Shown piece by piece: positions 1-12,695 of a DNA stretch of 64,000 nucleotides (position 1 is its first letter; each line of letters starts with the position of its first letter). Source of the DNA: Catajapyx aquilonaris (Eukaryota); contig KZ538440.1 in NCBI GenBank assembly GCA_000934665.2, positions 1 through 64,000 of the forward strand. Reading direction: 5' to 3'. The notes under the pieces were generated by a model. The model did no database searches. It saw nothing but the letters and a program-made list of their open reading frames with translations, and was not told the DNA's origin. Both the position numbers and the translations under genes were made by a program.

Positions 1-375
1 TATTCTCTGACTTGTGACCCTCTTAACTCTTTCTATCAAAACCTTAGCATACACTTTCCCTGGTACACTTAACAAACTAATGCCACGATAATTCTTATTC
101 TGTATAAGGGTAAGGGAGATGTGTGTGACTGCAAGAATTATCGTAAATATACCACATGTCTAATAATAATTATGTGGCTGGAGTGGTAATTAATGTAATT
201 GTCTGGAGACTAATTGGTTACAGCCACATGTATGGTGTGGTTTACACATTCCGAAATGCTTTGTTGCTTCCAAGTAGCCAAAGGGCTACTACTGCAGCAA
301 AAAACAACTACTACTAATGTTGCCCAATGAGCAACATAATTATGATGATTGTATCCAATGAAAAGTCATTTTTAA

Positions 376-1358
376 CCCTTCTGTTACCGGCATAAGGAAT
401 TGTTCACGGGTGGGGTTTAATTCTATTTACAACCCTGGCCTTGTCATTGGCCACATGTCGCGGTCCAGCCCCATTTTCGTCCCACTGCCTGGAAAAGGAA
501 AGAGGGTCTTTCCCTAGGAGCGATGAGCCGGCAGGCTTTTTTTCACCAAAGGCAACCTTTGACCCAGTGCTAGCTGTTGACAAGTGGCCATAGGGCAACA
601 TCAATTGCATTTTTCCATGACTTCCTCCAATGAATCATCTGTAATGTGCCAAATTCAATGTCCAGAAATGTTACAGTATCCATGTTTCATAGTCGTTCAC
701 TATCGGCCCAATGAGTGTCAAAAAATTCATCACCAATCATTACAATTTAGGAAGTAAATAGCCAAATTTAGAAATTACGCCATTCAGTTAATTCCTGTTA
801 TCTATATCAAAGATGGCTGCCATGTCATTGGGATTTTGCTAATTACGTACTTTGTAATGCCTTGTTTCTCACCATGGTGCAGCAGCTAAATGATGCCAAT
901 AATTATTAGCTTCAACTCCAAAACGTTTCATGGGTAATTTTAGCGTATTGGAAGGTAAAATAAGGCAACCCGCCTGAATGGAATCGGCACGAGTGCAGGC
1001 AAGCATAATCCAACCATCACCCTCTTTTTTTACCGTCTTATCGTTGGACGTAAAAAAATTCAAAACGTATAGAAGATGACCTGAGTCATGCACACAAATA
1101 GTTTTTCACTCCATGTATAAGCATTATTGCACTAGGAGGGCTAGATAATGGCGCAAAATTAAAATTATTTTTGCACTTTTCCGCATCAACATTTTATAAC
1201 TAAAGAATTGACTTAAAAACATTACACGTTTGTCAGATGAATATCTTCTATTATACTGATGCCGAAGAAATCTCACTCATTAACATTGTGACCTTGACAC
1301 TCTAGATACACCGATTTTTTTTGGTATCCTGATTTTCGGGATAGCAGTAACAGAAGGG
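376..1358. mobile_element. piggyBac-like non-autonomous element
   Basis: TTAA|CCCTTCTGTTAC ... GTAACAGAAGGG|TTAA; no transposase ORF. Confidence 0.75.
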
Positions 1359-1699
1359 TTAAAATGACTAGTCCGAGAATAAAATTGCCTGAGTCTAGAA
1401 CCAGAAAATATCATTTATGTAAATAAAATGATCAAATTAATGAAAAGCATTTACAGAGAAATGTCCTGGCTCAAACATATACATAACTGTTGCCATTGTC
1501 ATTGAGCCATAAAACAAAGGTAAAGCCAAATGTACCCACAAGACTTTGGATAAGCTATTGTTTATCCGCACGTTAACAACAAGGCCTCCCGACGGTTGGC
1601 AACGTTGCGTCGCAAACAATCGGGTGCCTATTGATACTGCTGCATGGTTACATGGGACTGTGCTTTATTTTTCTTTTCGGGCTTTCGGGGATTCAATTC

Positions 1700-2330
1700 G
1701 GGATTTTGAGGTGATTAAGTGGATGGAATAGCCATTTGTCTTGGTATTGCTGTATGGCTTTTTGTTACCGCAACAGTACTGTACATTGTTGTGGCCCTGC
1801 CAGGCACGGTACGTCGCCCATGCGTGATATTTTTAGTTTTTGCGGAGCGAAAGCGGAGCTGGGCGCTTATTGTGGGTTTCTGTATCCGCAACATTTACTG
1901 TCCGTCTTGTGGCGCCGCAGGCCAACGAACGTTATTGTGGCTTTGCCAAGCGCGAAGTACACCTTCACACAGTCCGTTAAACCAACGAACTACATGACGC
2001 CAAGTTCCGCCCGCCACCACCCGGCTCTCCCCTCCAATCATGCCCACGACTCACTCTGCAGGCATACTACTGCACACGCTCAGAAAACACGGCTGGTGTG
2101 ACATCATATCGTTCTTTGGGTTAACGGACTGCAGCAATCATCATGGCTTTCATATTTCCCACCTCCTTCATTCATACTGTGGTCCTAGCACTCGTCTGAA
2201 CGGTTCATGTGGCAGGGGTAAGAAGACGCCCTTTGTTGTGCTCTCCCGGCAACCGGTTGTTTGCGACGCGTAGCCAACATGTTTGAAGCACCGCGTCGTT
2301 ATGTGCGGATAAACGATAGACTTTCCAAGA
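1700..2330. repeat. Unclassified interspersed repeat (other copies ~34230-34730 and ~57860-58490)
   Basis: Shared GCTGTATGGCTTT...GGCCAACGAACGTTATTGTGGCTTTGCCA in all three copies; ...GCGTAGCCAACATGTTTG shared with the 57.9-kb copy. Confidence 0.75.
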
Positions 2331-2625
2331 CTTCCAATGGAACCTGGCAACAGCTGGTTTCTTGTCATGGAAATTATGATTTTGGAAGCCACATGGTTTT
2401 CTCACAATCTCCTCAAAAAGCATGTAGCGAGATCAATTAAAAAATATTTCCAGAAATAATTTCTTTTCCATACTGTTATGAAGTCCTACACAACAAAAAA
2501 AAATGCATGATTTGGTACAGGTTTGGTTTGATTTATTAAAAAATCTGATGCAACTAAATGAAGCCTATGATAAAGCCCTCAGACACGTGCTCTTAACTCT
2601 AATGATTTAACATTACATTACCTAC

Positions 2626-2948
2626 CCTGTCATCAGCATCCTTCACATCTATGATCATCCGCAAATCCAACACTTGCAAACACTCTTCAATCGTATCCCG
2701 AAACAAAGCTACTCTTTCTGGGGGGAAATTATCCTTCAAATGATGCTTTGATGTCAGGTCAAACTCTTGGACTTGCTCCCATGTGAAGTCTCTCAGATAT
2801 CCAGTGGAATCCGTTACGCGATCAACTGTGTCATCATGAAACAACACAGCCCTATCATCTGCTGTGAATGCGAGGTCAAACTCTACAGCTTTACAGCCAC
2901 GCTGGTGTGCCTAGAATGGGAAAAAATGTATCAGTAAGTACAGTAAGT

Positions 2949-3008
<60 letters not shown>

Positions 3009-6000
3009 ATGGGGGTTACCCCATGATAAGCTTGCAGCATTTTAGAGGATCCTCTTTTAATTTATGCAACTTTATTCATTCACTGGACTTTTGATGGATA
3101 TCACCGCATCACAGCCTTTCATCACCAGGGCCCTGCACTTGATCCCTCAGTTGAGCAGAGAAATTTCAATGGGTATTCTCCACGTTTGCATTTGTGTTTT
3201 TTGGAGGGGGTCCTTCCATTTCCTCACGCAATGATACGAGTATATCCATAGTATACTGGATATACTATGGATATGGGGAGGCGGAGAGGTGCTGCGGTAA
3301 CGCACACGCCCATGGATGTTAAGGTCCCTGGTTCGATCCCAGCCCGGGGTTCCCCCCTTCATCTCGTCCAGAGTTGGGCCATCTCTGGCTTCGTCTGGGG
3401 TGGAAATTTCCGCTAGACTAATCCACCCGGGGGAGTTCACAAAATGACCAATATACGACATTGCACTTGCACTTTGCACATCCCCTCCTACTTACCCTTG
3501 GAACAACTAAACACATTCAGTGTATGGTTCCAAACAAATGGTGGTATCCCACTCCCCCAATAAGGGCCCAAGGTCCGAGAACAGGGTACAATTTTTATGT
3601 ATACGACTACCGTACGACCTCGTATATATATAGGGTGTATCAGAGTCACGGGTCAAGCGCGTGCGAGGGGGTGGGGAAAAATCGTAGGTGGCGACAACCC
3701 CGGTCGGTTTTATAAAACAATTAGAAATACGGGAGTAATCAATTTATTTATTACGGCCATACGGCGTGACGTCACATCCTTTCTGTATTCGAATTGACCC
3801 CCGCGGACTGGCAAATGCAAGGCAAATGCTTTCGGTTGAACCTGGATGAACAGGATTTTAGCCTTGCGGGTTGCACTGAAAAAGGCGCCCTTTTCAGTGC
3901 AACCCGCAAGGCTAAAAACCCGTTCGACCAGGTTCAAACCACTGCCATCTTACCTTGACTCTTGCCAGGCCGCCCGACTCTATTCAAACTGATTGGACGT
4001 GACGTCACGTCGTAGACCGTAATAAATAAATTGATTGCTGCCGTATTTCTAATTGTTTTATAAAACCGACCGGGGTTGTCGCCACCTACGATTTTACCCC
4101 ACCCCCTCGCACTCGCTTGACCCGTGACTCTGATACACCCTGTATACTTATTTATTTTATTTTATTTTACTTACGTTACCCCTTGCGAGGGCAGAGCCCT
4201 TTTTGGGGGACACACTCTGGAGTACAAAATAAACAGGAGAACACGTAACAGTGTTAGTGAAAAAACATTCGGGAGGGACAGGAGTCTTCCACATAGTTCA
4301 AGTTCAGTCAGCGCACATGTTGATTCTCTTGATAAAATTCACAAAAAAATTGAGCAATTATATGCTTCGCCTCTAGGCGTGTTGAGGAAAAGCCAGTGAA
4401 GACGATCAGGGGGGGGTACGAGGGTATGTTAAATAAAAAATTATGGCGGGGCGTAACAAAGAAAGGGCACGAAAAAAAAAGATGGTGAAGTGTAAATGAT
4501 TCCCCTACATTGCACCAAGTGCAGATTTCCTCCGAGGAAAAGCTCAGCTGCGATCCGGAAAAATTTAGCTTCATAGATGTGTTCCGAAGATTAGCCATAA
4601 GTCTAACAATTTTGATTGGCATGCTGTATTGCAGGTAGTATGCCGGCTGGGATGACACAAGGTCCCTATAGTGAGCATAACGGGTCGAAACCAACGACGA
4701 CTGCAAACTCTGGTCACGGAGATGATCGGTAAATTTTTGTGGCAAGGCCCGCAATTCCAAATCAGAAAGATCAAGAGCCCCCTCACACACCATAGAAAGC
4801 AAATAGGGCTGGCTCACCGAAAGTTCGGCCGACAGGTGGCGTTAGTGTGCGAAAGGTTATGGTTTTTCTCTCGCTACGGGCCGAATTCACGGGTCGAGAG
4901 TGCAGGGTTGCCTCTAAAAATTTATTCCGCCCAAACTGGGAGTAGCCCTGGTGTGACAGTGCTCCCATCGTCGAGAGGAGATTCCGAGGATTCCGTCAAT
5001 GTCCATATAAGCCGTAAATACCGGGCGGTTATTTTACTTGAGAATTTAATATCGAATATGAGGGGAAGAAGAAAAGAATGAAATTCCCCCGTAAATTAAC
5101 CCGTAGTTATTTATGGCCGATATGGCCATCGACGGAAACGTCGGAATCTCCCCTCGACGACTTGGGCACTGTCACACCCGTGCGACACCCAGTTTGGCCG
5201 GAATGAATTTTCAGAGACAACCCTGCACTCTGGACCCGTTGGGTTACAGCCCGCCAGATTCTCACCCTCCCAGAGGCTACATGTCCCACTTTTTACCCTC
5301 ATAATCGCTATTAAATTCTCCAGTAAAATAAACCGTGGTTATTTATGGCCGATATGGACCTCGACGGCATCGTCGGAATCTCTTCTCGACAACGGGGGCA
5401 CTGTCAAACCAGGGCGACCCCTAGATTGGCCGCAATGAATTTTCAGAGGTAACCCTGCGAGTGGACCCCACTCCTCCTTGAGCCCGCTATGCCTCGCTCT
5501 CACAGCGGCCAAACCCACCCATTCTGCCCGTACCCGATCCGTCTCGGCCCGGGGCCTGCCCCACCTTGCCCATAGCATGTATATTCGCCCCAGCAACCTC
5601 TCCTCCAAGGAGAGGATGCAGGGGCGAACATAAGGAGAGAAGAAGAAAAAAAAAACCCGGGTCGAAAATATATTTTGGCGTGACTAGACCAAAACCAAAA
5701 GGGTCACGTCGACCGCAAACTCGCAAATCCTGTAGTCCTCAGGCTTGAAGTGCAAATGGCAGACGACGTCATGAACAGCCTGATCTCAAAGATTTCCAGT
5801 TCGTGAATCCACGAGTTTGATGGCAACTCGCCACTGTTTCCGAAGCGATGGATTTTTGGGAAATTGATGGCCGGAAATGTCGCATCGGCAACTCGGTACA
5901 CAACAGTACTGTGGCATTTTGCTGGTTCGGACCTTTGCTTCGTACTGTCGCAGCAAGATTCGAGCTTCATCTCCAACAGAAAGTGAAGAGAAATCACATC

Positions 6001-8882
6001 TTGTATGGAAATGTAGACGGGACAATACCAGTATTCACTCCTGACGATACTGAACTATAACTTTTCGCCCACTAGCGCCGCCCTACCGGTTAGTGCCTGA
6101 ACAAGCCCTATTGCCAGTATCACGGGCCCAGTTTGAGGATGGGTAAAGGTCAGCCTCACGACGACTCGTTATAAACGCTCTTTTGACAAGTCTGACACCC
6201 TGTATACTATGGATATACTCATATTATTGCGTGAGGAAATGGAAGGACCACCTCCAAAAAACCCAAATGCACACAAGGAGAATACCATTGAAATTTCTCT
6301 GCTCAACTGAGGGATCAAGTAAAGTGCAGGGCCCTGGTGGTGAAAGGCTGTGATGCTAATACAAATGACATAATTACATCTTGTTTATGATTATGTAATG
6401 TTGTTCTTGAATCTTTGGGGAGTTAAAAAGCAAACTTCATGAAAGGCATTGTACTGATGCATTCCAGAAGCCCAATACATTTCACTACTAAAAAGCTGCA
6501 ATCAATCTTGCATCATCACTTGAATCCCAATGATGACATAGCTTCCAGAAAGGTCATGGATATATCAAACTACAGAAATTACTCAAGCTGCATTCCCAAA
6601 ATCAGAATAATGATGTAGTGCTACCAAAGAAGGAAAATGCTCTCAGCAAAAACCAAACTGATGGTATTTTACACTTTTTAAAAGATAAAACATGTGAAAT
6701 TGGTGTTACAAGAAACACTCAGATGGCTCAGCACCCCACTGTAATATGGTGTCACAGCCTGACGGACAGACAATAATAGAGCAACAACACATTAAGACCC
6801 TCATAACGTTAGGGTTCCGCAAGCTACACCAATGAAACCTGTGGCAATATATCCATTGTCATCGTTATGAAAGCCAAAGAATACGGAATCATAACTTTAG
6901 TCAAAATGTATAATAATCTTGCCATGATAGTGGATGCACTAGGTTCAGAGCTAGTGTCATATTATTATTATTCATTTAAGCAGAATTCACACACACAGTT
7001 CACAGCAAATATTCCACAATTGAGGTCATTAGTCTGTCACAAAATAAATGTTCCAATAGGATATTCTGAGGGTTCTCAAGAAACAATGACGATATGTAAG
7101 TTGTCATTCTACGCAAACAATTCAATAGAGCAGCCGAAGCTTCCTTGCTAGTTTACTATATGCCATAGACATAGCATCGTTAAATTTAGTAACCTTGCTA
7201 AACCATTGGAACACATTTTTTTCTTCATAAATATTTAATCAACGCAATTCTTGAAAATAAACCCACTTGCTCCATTGTCATATCTAGGTGAACTTGTACT
7301 CGCTTCGGCGATACATATACATATCTAGGTGAACGTACCCAAATTTCGATACCCTTACATTTTGCTTCTCTTTAGGAAATGACTGAACTCAGCAATATAG
7401 GGAAAAAGGATTTTATTACATTGAATATTTACCTACTAGGCCTCGCAACGACAGGAGAAAGCACAAAATTTAAAAAGTTCTTCCAGTTTTTAAAAAACGT
7501 GTTCCTAATTGAATCGGTGATTTTGAAAAGGACAAGATTCAATGCCCTTTTCATGTGAATATTGCCCTTTTCAAAATGACCAATTCAATTTTGGAAGCTG
7601 CATGTTAAGGGGAGGAAAATAGTAAAAAAGCATTTCTAAATTTGTGAATGCTTAAGAAAATTAATGTTCTATTGATAACAATAAAATGGAAATTGCTTTT
7701 ATCTGCATGAGAAAAATGAAAGGTGTTTCCCTATTTGCATAAAAATATAATTATGCTGTAGATCACATCATTGATAAATGAAGGGCTCGGGAGTAAACAA
7801 TGGTAAGGGATATGTAAAACCCATACTCTTACCATTGTTTACCCCCGAGCCCTTCAAATACAATCACACACAAACATTTTAACTGCATGTCGGACTTCTG
7901 GGACTTCTTGCTTGATTTTCCGCAAAATAGTCTTAAGTGGAACTGCCAGGATGAGCATGAGCATAGGTAGTGGAAATTAGGACCAAGACAACTTTCAACT
8001 GTAGCTGCTGGTTCGCATCTAGACAAGTGGCAGTGTGATGTCGTTACTTTAAAATTTAAATAATGCAAACAGGGTAACCAACATTATCGACTAAAATAAG
8101 TTATTGAATAATATAGCTTAATTGCTGAGAAATGATCGTCAATACTAATGTGCGCTGCAGTCCACCATGCATTTAAAAATCTTCGCACCAGTACTGCCAG
8201 CACACAAATTCCACCTTTGTGACATTTTCCCACTTGTAGTCAAGTTGCCACAGTCATGTTACCACGACTGAGATAGCATGGTGGTCTAAATTAGGTACAT
8301 GGTCGAAATATGGGCACTCTCCCCTAAATGGTGGCATGCAATTACAAATCCTGCATTATAAGTCTTGCAATAAGTATGGAAGGCCTCACACCCACTGAAA
8401 AAATGTCACTTATAATTCCATGTACCCCCTCAAGCAAAACCAGCAATACCCACCATTCTAAATGCTGACAAACTATTTTCAGGCGCATCTAGGGCACCTC
8501 CACGATGAGCTATGACCCTCAGACAAAAATTTCCGTCCTCCTCTTCGTTCCCTGCCATTCCATCCAAGATCCCATTGACTGGTCCAAATCCATCATCTTC
8601 TAAATCCACATCAAGTGGGTCCATCCCCAAGACTTCCCTAACCGCAGACTCTTCCACAGGTGGGGTCCATACCCGGCGTATCAAGTATGCCATGCTCAAA
8701 ATGATTATGGCATGAAGTGCCATGGGAAAGGATGCTATCTGCCACAGCGAGGTTAAACCAATCAAAAAGATGGTCCAAATCCAACAAGCTAAACTAACTG
8801 TCACTCGAAATCCTTGTCCCGCTGGTGATGCTGGCTCATGCGGGCTAACCGGCAGCACCGGCTCTGAACTTACGCTGGGCAT
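2626..8882 (-). CDS. GDE1: Glycerophosphodiester phosphodiesterase 1-like (GDE1/MIR16), 3' exons outside the window
   Basis: Exon 8882-8454 (ATG MPSVSS; hydrophobic N-terminal segments; IAHRGGALDAPENSLSAF GDPD motif; donor ATG|GTGGGT) joins in phase 0 to exon 2910-2626 (ttctag|AHQRGCKAVEFDLAFTADDRAVLFHDDTVDRVTD...MIIDVKDADDR|GTAGGT). No convincing downstream exon found in 1-2600. Confidence 0.88.
2950..3008. repeat. (GTA)n microsatellite, probably a SINE tail
   Basis: Perfect trinucleotide run followed by a SINE-3'-like sequence. Confidence 0.9.
3273..3500 (+). mobile_element. tRNA-derived SINE family B
   Basis: GGGGAGGCGGAGAGGTGCTGCGGTAA (A-box-like), GGTTCGATCCC B box; six copies in the window. 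Confidence 0.8.
3631..4142. mobile_element. Tc1/mariner-type MITE with ~150-bp TIRs
   Basis: TA|TAGGGTGTATCAGAGTCACGGGTCAAGCG ... CGCTTGACCCGTGACTCTGATACACCCTG|TA. Confidence 0.85.
4147..4817 (-). mobile_element. Non-LTR retrotransposon 3' remnant
   Basis: ORF 4308-4817 carries the LINE ORF2 C-terminal CCHC motif CTWCNVGESFTLHHLFFSCP, followed by a (TAAAA/TAAA)n tail. Confidence 0.7.
4885..5475. repeat. Three diverged copies of a ~235-bp unit, one inverted relative to two tandem copies
   Basis: GTTATTTATGGCCGATATGG...GTCGGAATCTC...GAATTTTCAGAG at ~5105 and ~5337; reverse-complement copy at ~4890-5070. Confidence 0.75.
5726..5917 (-). pseudogene. THAP zinc-finger remnant (P- or Harbinger/ISL2EU-type transposon derived)
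   Basis: MPQYCCVPSC..GHQFPKNPSLRKQWRVAI..GNL*DQAVHDVVCHLHFKPEDY; complete C2CH pattern with an in-frame TGA at the usual Trp. Confidence 0.75.
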
Positions 8883-9497
8883 TGTGGCCCAGGTCACTTG
8901 AAATGCGGTCTCTTACACCTAGACAATATACGGTGGGTTTAGATCTTGGTTTAGACTCGAGTTTTAGACGTGGTCCTAGAGGTCCGCCATCTTTCAGCGA
9001 GGAGCGGCGAGGAGCCGAGGAATTCGTGATGCGATCGTAGAGTGTTGCGGCTACTATTCGTACTACATGTATTCTATTTTTAGATCTACTGCCTTATAAT
9101 TTGTCTAGGCAGGTGAGAATCAAATTTCTTTTAATTTAAAATATTCAAATATTCGCGTACTAATTTTAGGGCTAACATGGTTGAACCCGTTTTGTTTAAA
9201 TAGCTGCGACTACAGAAATGTAACGGTTCTTTCAAGCCAAGCGTCATTACTTGTTGGAGCGATTTGAAGTAACAGCTATATTGAATCACTATCACAATTC
9301 ACTTCGCCTTTAACTTTCAACTTTGCCCCTCTTGGAGTGGTGGTCTGCATGCAGTATGCACCCTGTCTGCGTGGAAGTTCGGTTCATGGGGTGGTGCCCA
9401 TGGGGTTCAATATTCCACAAGCAGGCCAAGAGTCTCTGAACAAATACCTCTAGTTCTTTTTGGCTAAGTCCATTTGCTCTTAGAATATTTCATCCGT
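8883..9497. promoter_or_regulatory. Bidirectional promoter region of GDE1-like and CPPED1
   Basis: Divergent ATGs about 615 bp apart; CpG-rich patch 8970-9060; YY1/Pho-type CCGCCATCTT at 8984-8993; candidate CPPED1 5'UTR intron 9113-9483. Confidence 0.65.
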
Positions 9498-12400
9498 ATG
9501 GAGGGTGACGACAGTCCCGGCCAAACAAGGCACTGGAAAATCCAGGCTGCGAACAACAAATGTGTTTCATTCCTGGATGGTAAATAATTATATTACAGTT
9601 ATTTCCCAGGGAAAGGCTGATGTGTAATGTATACCGTAATGTACGTCTGGTTTATTGTGAAATGCCCAACTAATTTCGAATGAACTGCTGGTGTTTAACA
9701 TAAATGTGCGACACATCTAACTCCCTAAGTGTAAATGTGTAATGCAACATTTGTAATGATATTCTCTATGAATGTATCTTTTTAAAATGTGGAAAATATA
9801 ACAAATCCTTGGGTTGCTGACCAGGAAATAGAAAGCGTGCACTGTTGCAGTAAAAAATTTTAGGAACCTCTCAAATACCGTAGAGGTTAGGTTCAAAAGC
9901 ATTCAGTCAAAGGCACACTCCATCTAGATTCTAGAGGGGCCTGAATTCAATCTTCTAATTGCATAGAAGAAATGAACAAAAATTGCTAGAAAATTGCAGT
10001 GTTTTGATGTCATATTGATAGTCGTGTCCATTTCAGAGAAGGAGAAGGAGTGGACCGGACCCTTCTGTTTTGTTCAGGCTGCTGATACTCAGTTTGGGTT
10101 GATGGCAACCCTTAGAGGAGATAAGGAGTCTCACTGGGAAGAGGAAATGCTACTTGCACGGAAAGCTGTTGAAAAAATCAATGGGATGAGCCCAAAACCA
10201 AAGTTTGCCATCATTTGTGGTGATTTGGTGGACGCAATGCCAGGTATGCTTAGAAGTCATGACAGTGTCATTAAATTAATGTTGGGGATATTTGTGTAGA
10301 TGAAATGGCTTACAAAAAAATATTTCAAGGTTAATTTGATGTGTGCCTATTTCCCAGAGGCTCATCCTACAAGTCGAAGTGCGCAGGTGTCTGACTTCAC
10401 TAGGATATTTTGTGATGTGGACCCGAGCATTCCTTTATTGTGTGTGTGTGGCAATCATGATGTGGGAAATACACCTACATGTACTTCAATAGAAGGGTAG
10501 GTACTGTACTTCTTGGTATAACATTAAATACCGATACAAGTGTATGAAAACACATTCTCTTCTTTTAAAGATATCGATCCACATTTGGGGATGACTATTA
10601 TGCCTTCTGGTGCAGTGGGGTATTTTTTATTGTCCTTAACTCACAGTACTATGCCGACAAGAGCTTGGTAGGGACGTTTGCAGATCAGCATGACGCATGG
10701 CTCGATTCTCAATTGTCAAAGATTAAAACAATGGGCTGTAAGCATGCTGTTATTTTCCAACACATCCCCTGGTTCTTGCACCAGCCTGATGAACCTGATG
10801 ATTACTTCAGCATCACTATGTCTCTGAGGAAGCCCATGTTGCGGAAGTTGAAAGCTGCAGGTATTTGCATAATATATCTTCTCATTGAGTAACTGTCTAC
10901 CAACATCTTGGGATAAAATGCTGGCCTTCCGTTCCATTATTGAATAGGGACAAAATTCTGCACTTAAAATCTACCTGGCAAGAAGAAGCCCATTGGGAAC
11001 GAGTTGTAGATATCATGATGATGACAGTATCAAGGTGTCATGTGGTTTCCTACTCTCTACCGTCATATCCCAACTTATACCAACATGCGGCATTATGCAG
11101 GATAGCTATCAGATGTACATTTTCAAAAATCTGGTCACCCCTAATTTGACCAGCAAGCTGCAGAATGTGGGGTAATAAAGTAGAATTGCAAAAAGTGGAT
11201 AGCGGGCCAAACAAATTTGGTACAGTAATTCAAAAAGCACACAAACATGGGGATCTAATAAAGCACCATAAATTCTTTTTTCTAGTTTAGTCTTGACCAG
11301 CCCCCGGACACTTATACTACATTCTGAGCTTATCGCCTACCGAGGGGTTTTGCAGCGGGTGCTCACTTGAGAGCGCCATGAGACATTTTCCAGAGCAATT
11401 ATGTGGCGACCCTACCGGACTAGGCTGAACTATATAGGTACAAAAGGGAAGCGCGACATTGGGGGACCCAACATGGACGCCGGCGGGCGCCAGCCATGTT
11501 GGGCCCACATGTAGCGCTTCCCTTTTGTACCTATATAGTTCAGCCTAGTCCGGTAGGGTCGCCACATAATTGCTCCGGGAAATGTCTCATGGCGCTCTCA
11601 GGTGAGCACCCGCTGCAAAACCCCTTGGCAGGGGGTGGGTGGGAGTGACCTAACCTGAGTCTTCTAAAACCATGGTCTTGACCAATATAGTAGAAACTTG
11701 TCTGTTACAGAAAATTTTCACAAAATGTGGTGATTCCCACTATAAAACATGTTTCACAGTAGTTGTTGTTGTAGTAGTAGTAGTAGTATTTTTAAAAAAT
11801 TAACATACATTCTCCACCTTTTAGGTACCAAGTTTGATTCCCCAGTTGACCAGAGAGAGAGAGGTCTTTACAGGGCCATTATTATTACAGTCAACTAGAG
11901 TACTAGACCGAAGCAGTTTAGGAGGAGGGGATATGGTGTCAGACTGCTAATCGGGAGGTCCTGGGATCAAATCCCGGGGCTGGCAACTCTGACCGTGGTT
12001 TTCTGTGGATTCCCACGGTCCTTCCAGGAAAATTCCGGAGTTGTTTCCGTAATTAATAGGCCACAGCCGCTTCCTTCCGTCCCTATCCTATCCCAAAGAG
12101 CACAGTAAAATGAAAGGAAAGAGTTCCAGGCAAAACAACTTCCCCCCTAAAGAGCCGATGGCTGATAACAGGGTATGAATTATTATTATTATTACAGTCA
12201 ACTCCTGATATGAGAGACTTCATGGGACCATAGAAATTAGTATTCTATGGCCGAGGGTTTTATATCTTAATACACAGGCCATACATGAAAGTATGCTAGG
12301 ACCAGTCTTTCGAGTTGCCTATTACTGAGGGACGAGGGTTGCTTATAGCTGAGGCGGTTACATCCCGAGTCGACTGTATTGTTGTTGTTATCATCATCAT

Positions 12401-12640
12401 CCATGCATCACTGATTTGATGATGGTTCTCTCTCGTGCAGGTGTGAATTACATCTTCTGTGGTCATTACCATCGTAATGCTGGAGGCTTTGATGGGGACA
12501 TGGAAGAAGTAGTAACATCTGCTGTTGGTTTTCAACTAGGGGATGATCAGAGTGGCTTCAGAGTGGTCAAGGTTCTCGAGGAGAAATTGGAGCATGCATA
12601 TTATGGACTGGATGATGTGCCTAAGGACATTCTGTTTTAG
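9498..12640 (+). CDS. CPPED1: Calcineurin-like metallophosphoesterase / Ser-Thr phosphatase CPPED1
   Basis: Five phase-compatible GT-AG exons: 9498-9579, 10037-10243, 10358-10496, 10571-10860, 12441-12640. Motifs EWTGPFCFVQAADTQFG, ICGDLVD, VCGNHDVGN, FGDDYYAFW, FQHIP, FCGHYHRNAGG. Confidence 0.93.
11300..11674. mobile_element. Palindromic MITE-like element in CPPED1 intron 4
   Basis: ~140-bp near-perfect arms (11340-11628) with almost no spacer; direct repeat GTCTTGACCA at 11290-11299 and 11675-11684. Confidence 0.75.
11897..12187 (+). mobile_element. tRNA-derived SINE family D
   Basis: tRNA-like head (GGAGGTCCTGGGATCAAATCCC), ATT tail, TSD ATTATTACAGTCAACT; partial reverse copy ~35605-35730. 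Confidence 0.7.
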
Positions 12641-12695
12641 AGATACAGAGTCAAATAGAGGTTATTCATATGAAGTGTCAATATACAAGTAACTA

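Noticed and set aside
342..1393. C/D snoRNA (ATGATGA..CTGA) interrupted by the piggyBac element
   Set aside because: Short motifs are expected by chance; no terminal stem or recognisable guide.
1..2600. Remaining GDE1 exons
   Set aside because: No segment examined shows the expected SSF/WTVN-type motifs with splice sites; they probably lie left of the window.
4885..5475. CRISPR-like array
   Set aside because: Units are ~235 bp, diverged, in mixed orientation, without unique spacers or cas genes; the DNA is eukaryotic.
5786..5788. In-frame TGA in the THAP domain as selenocysteine or readthrough
   Set aside because: It falls at a Trp position (TGG to TGA) in a decayed transposon context; no SECIS recognised.
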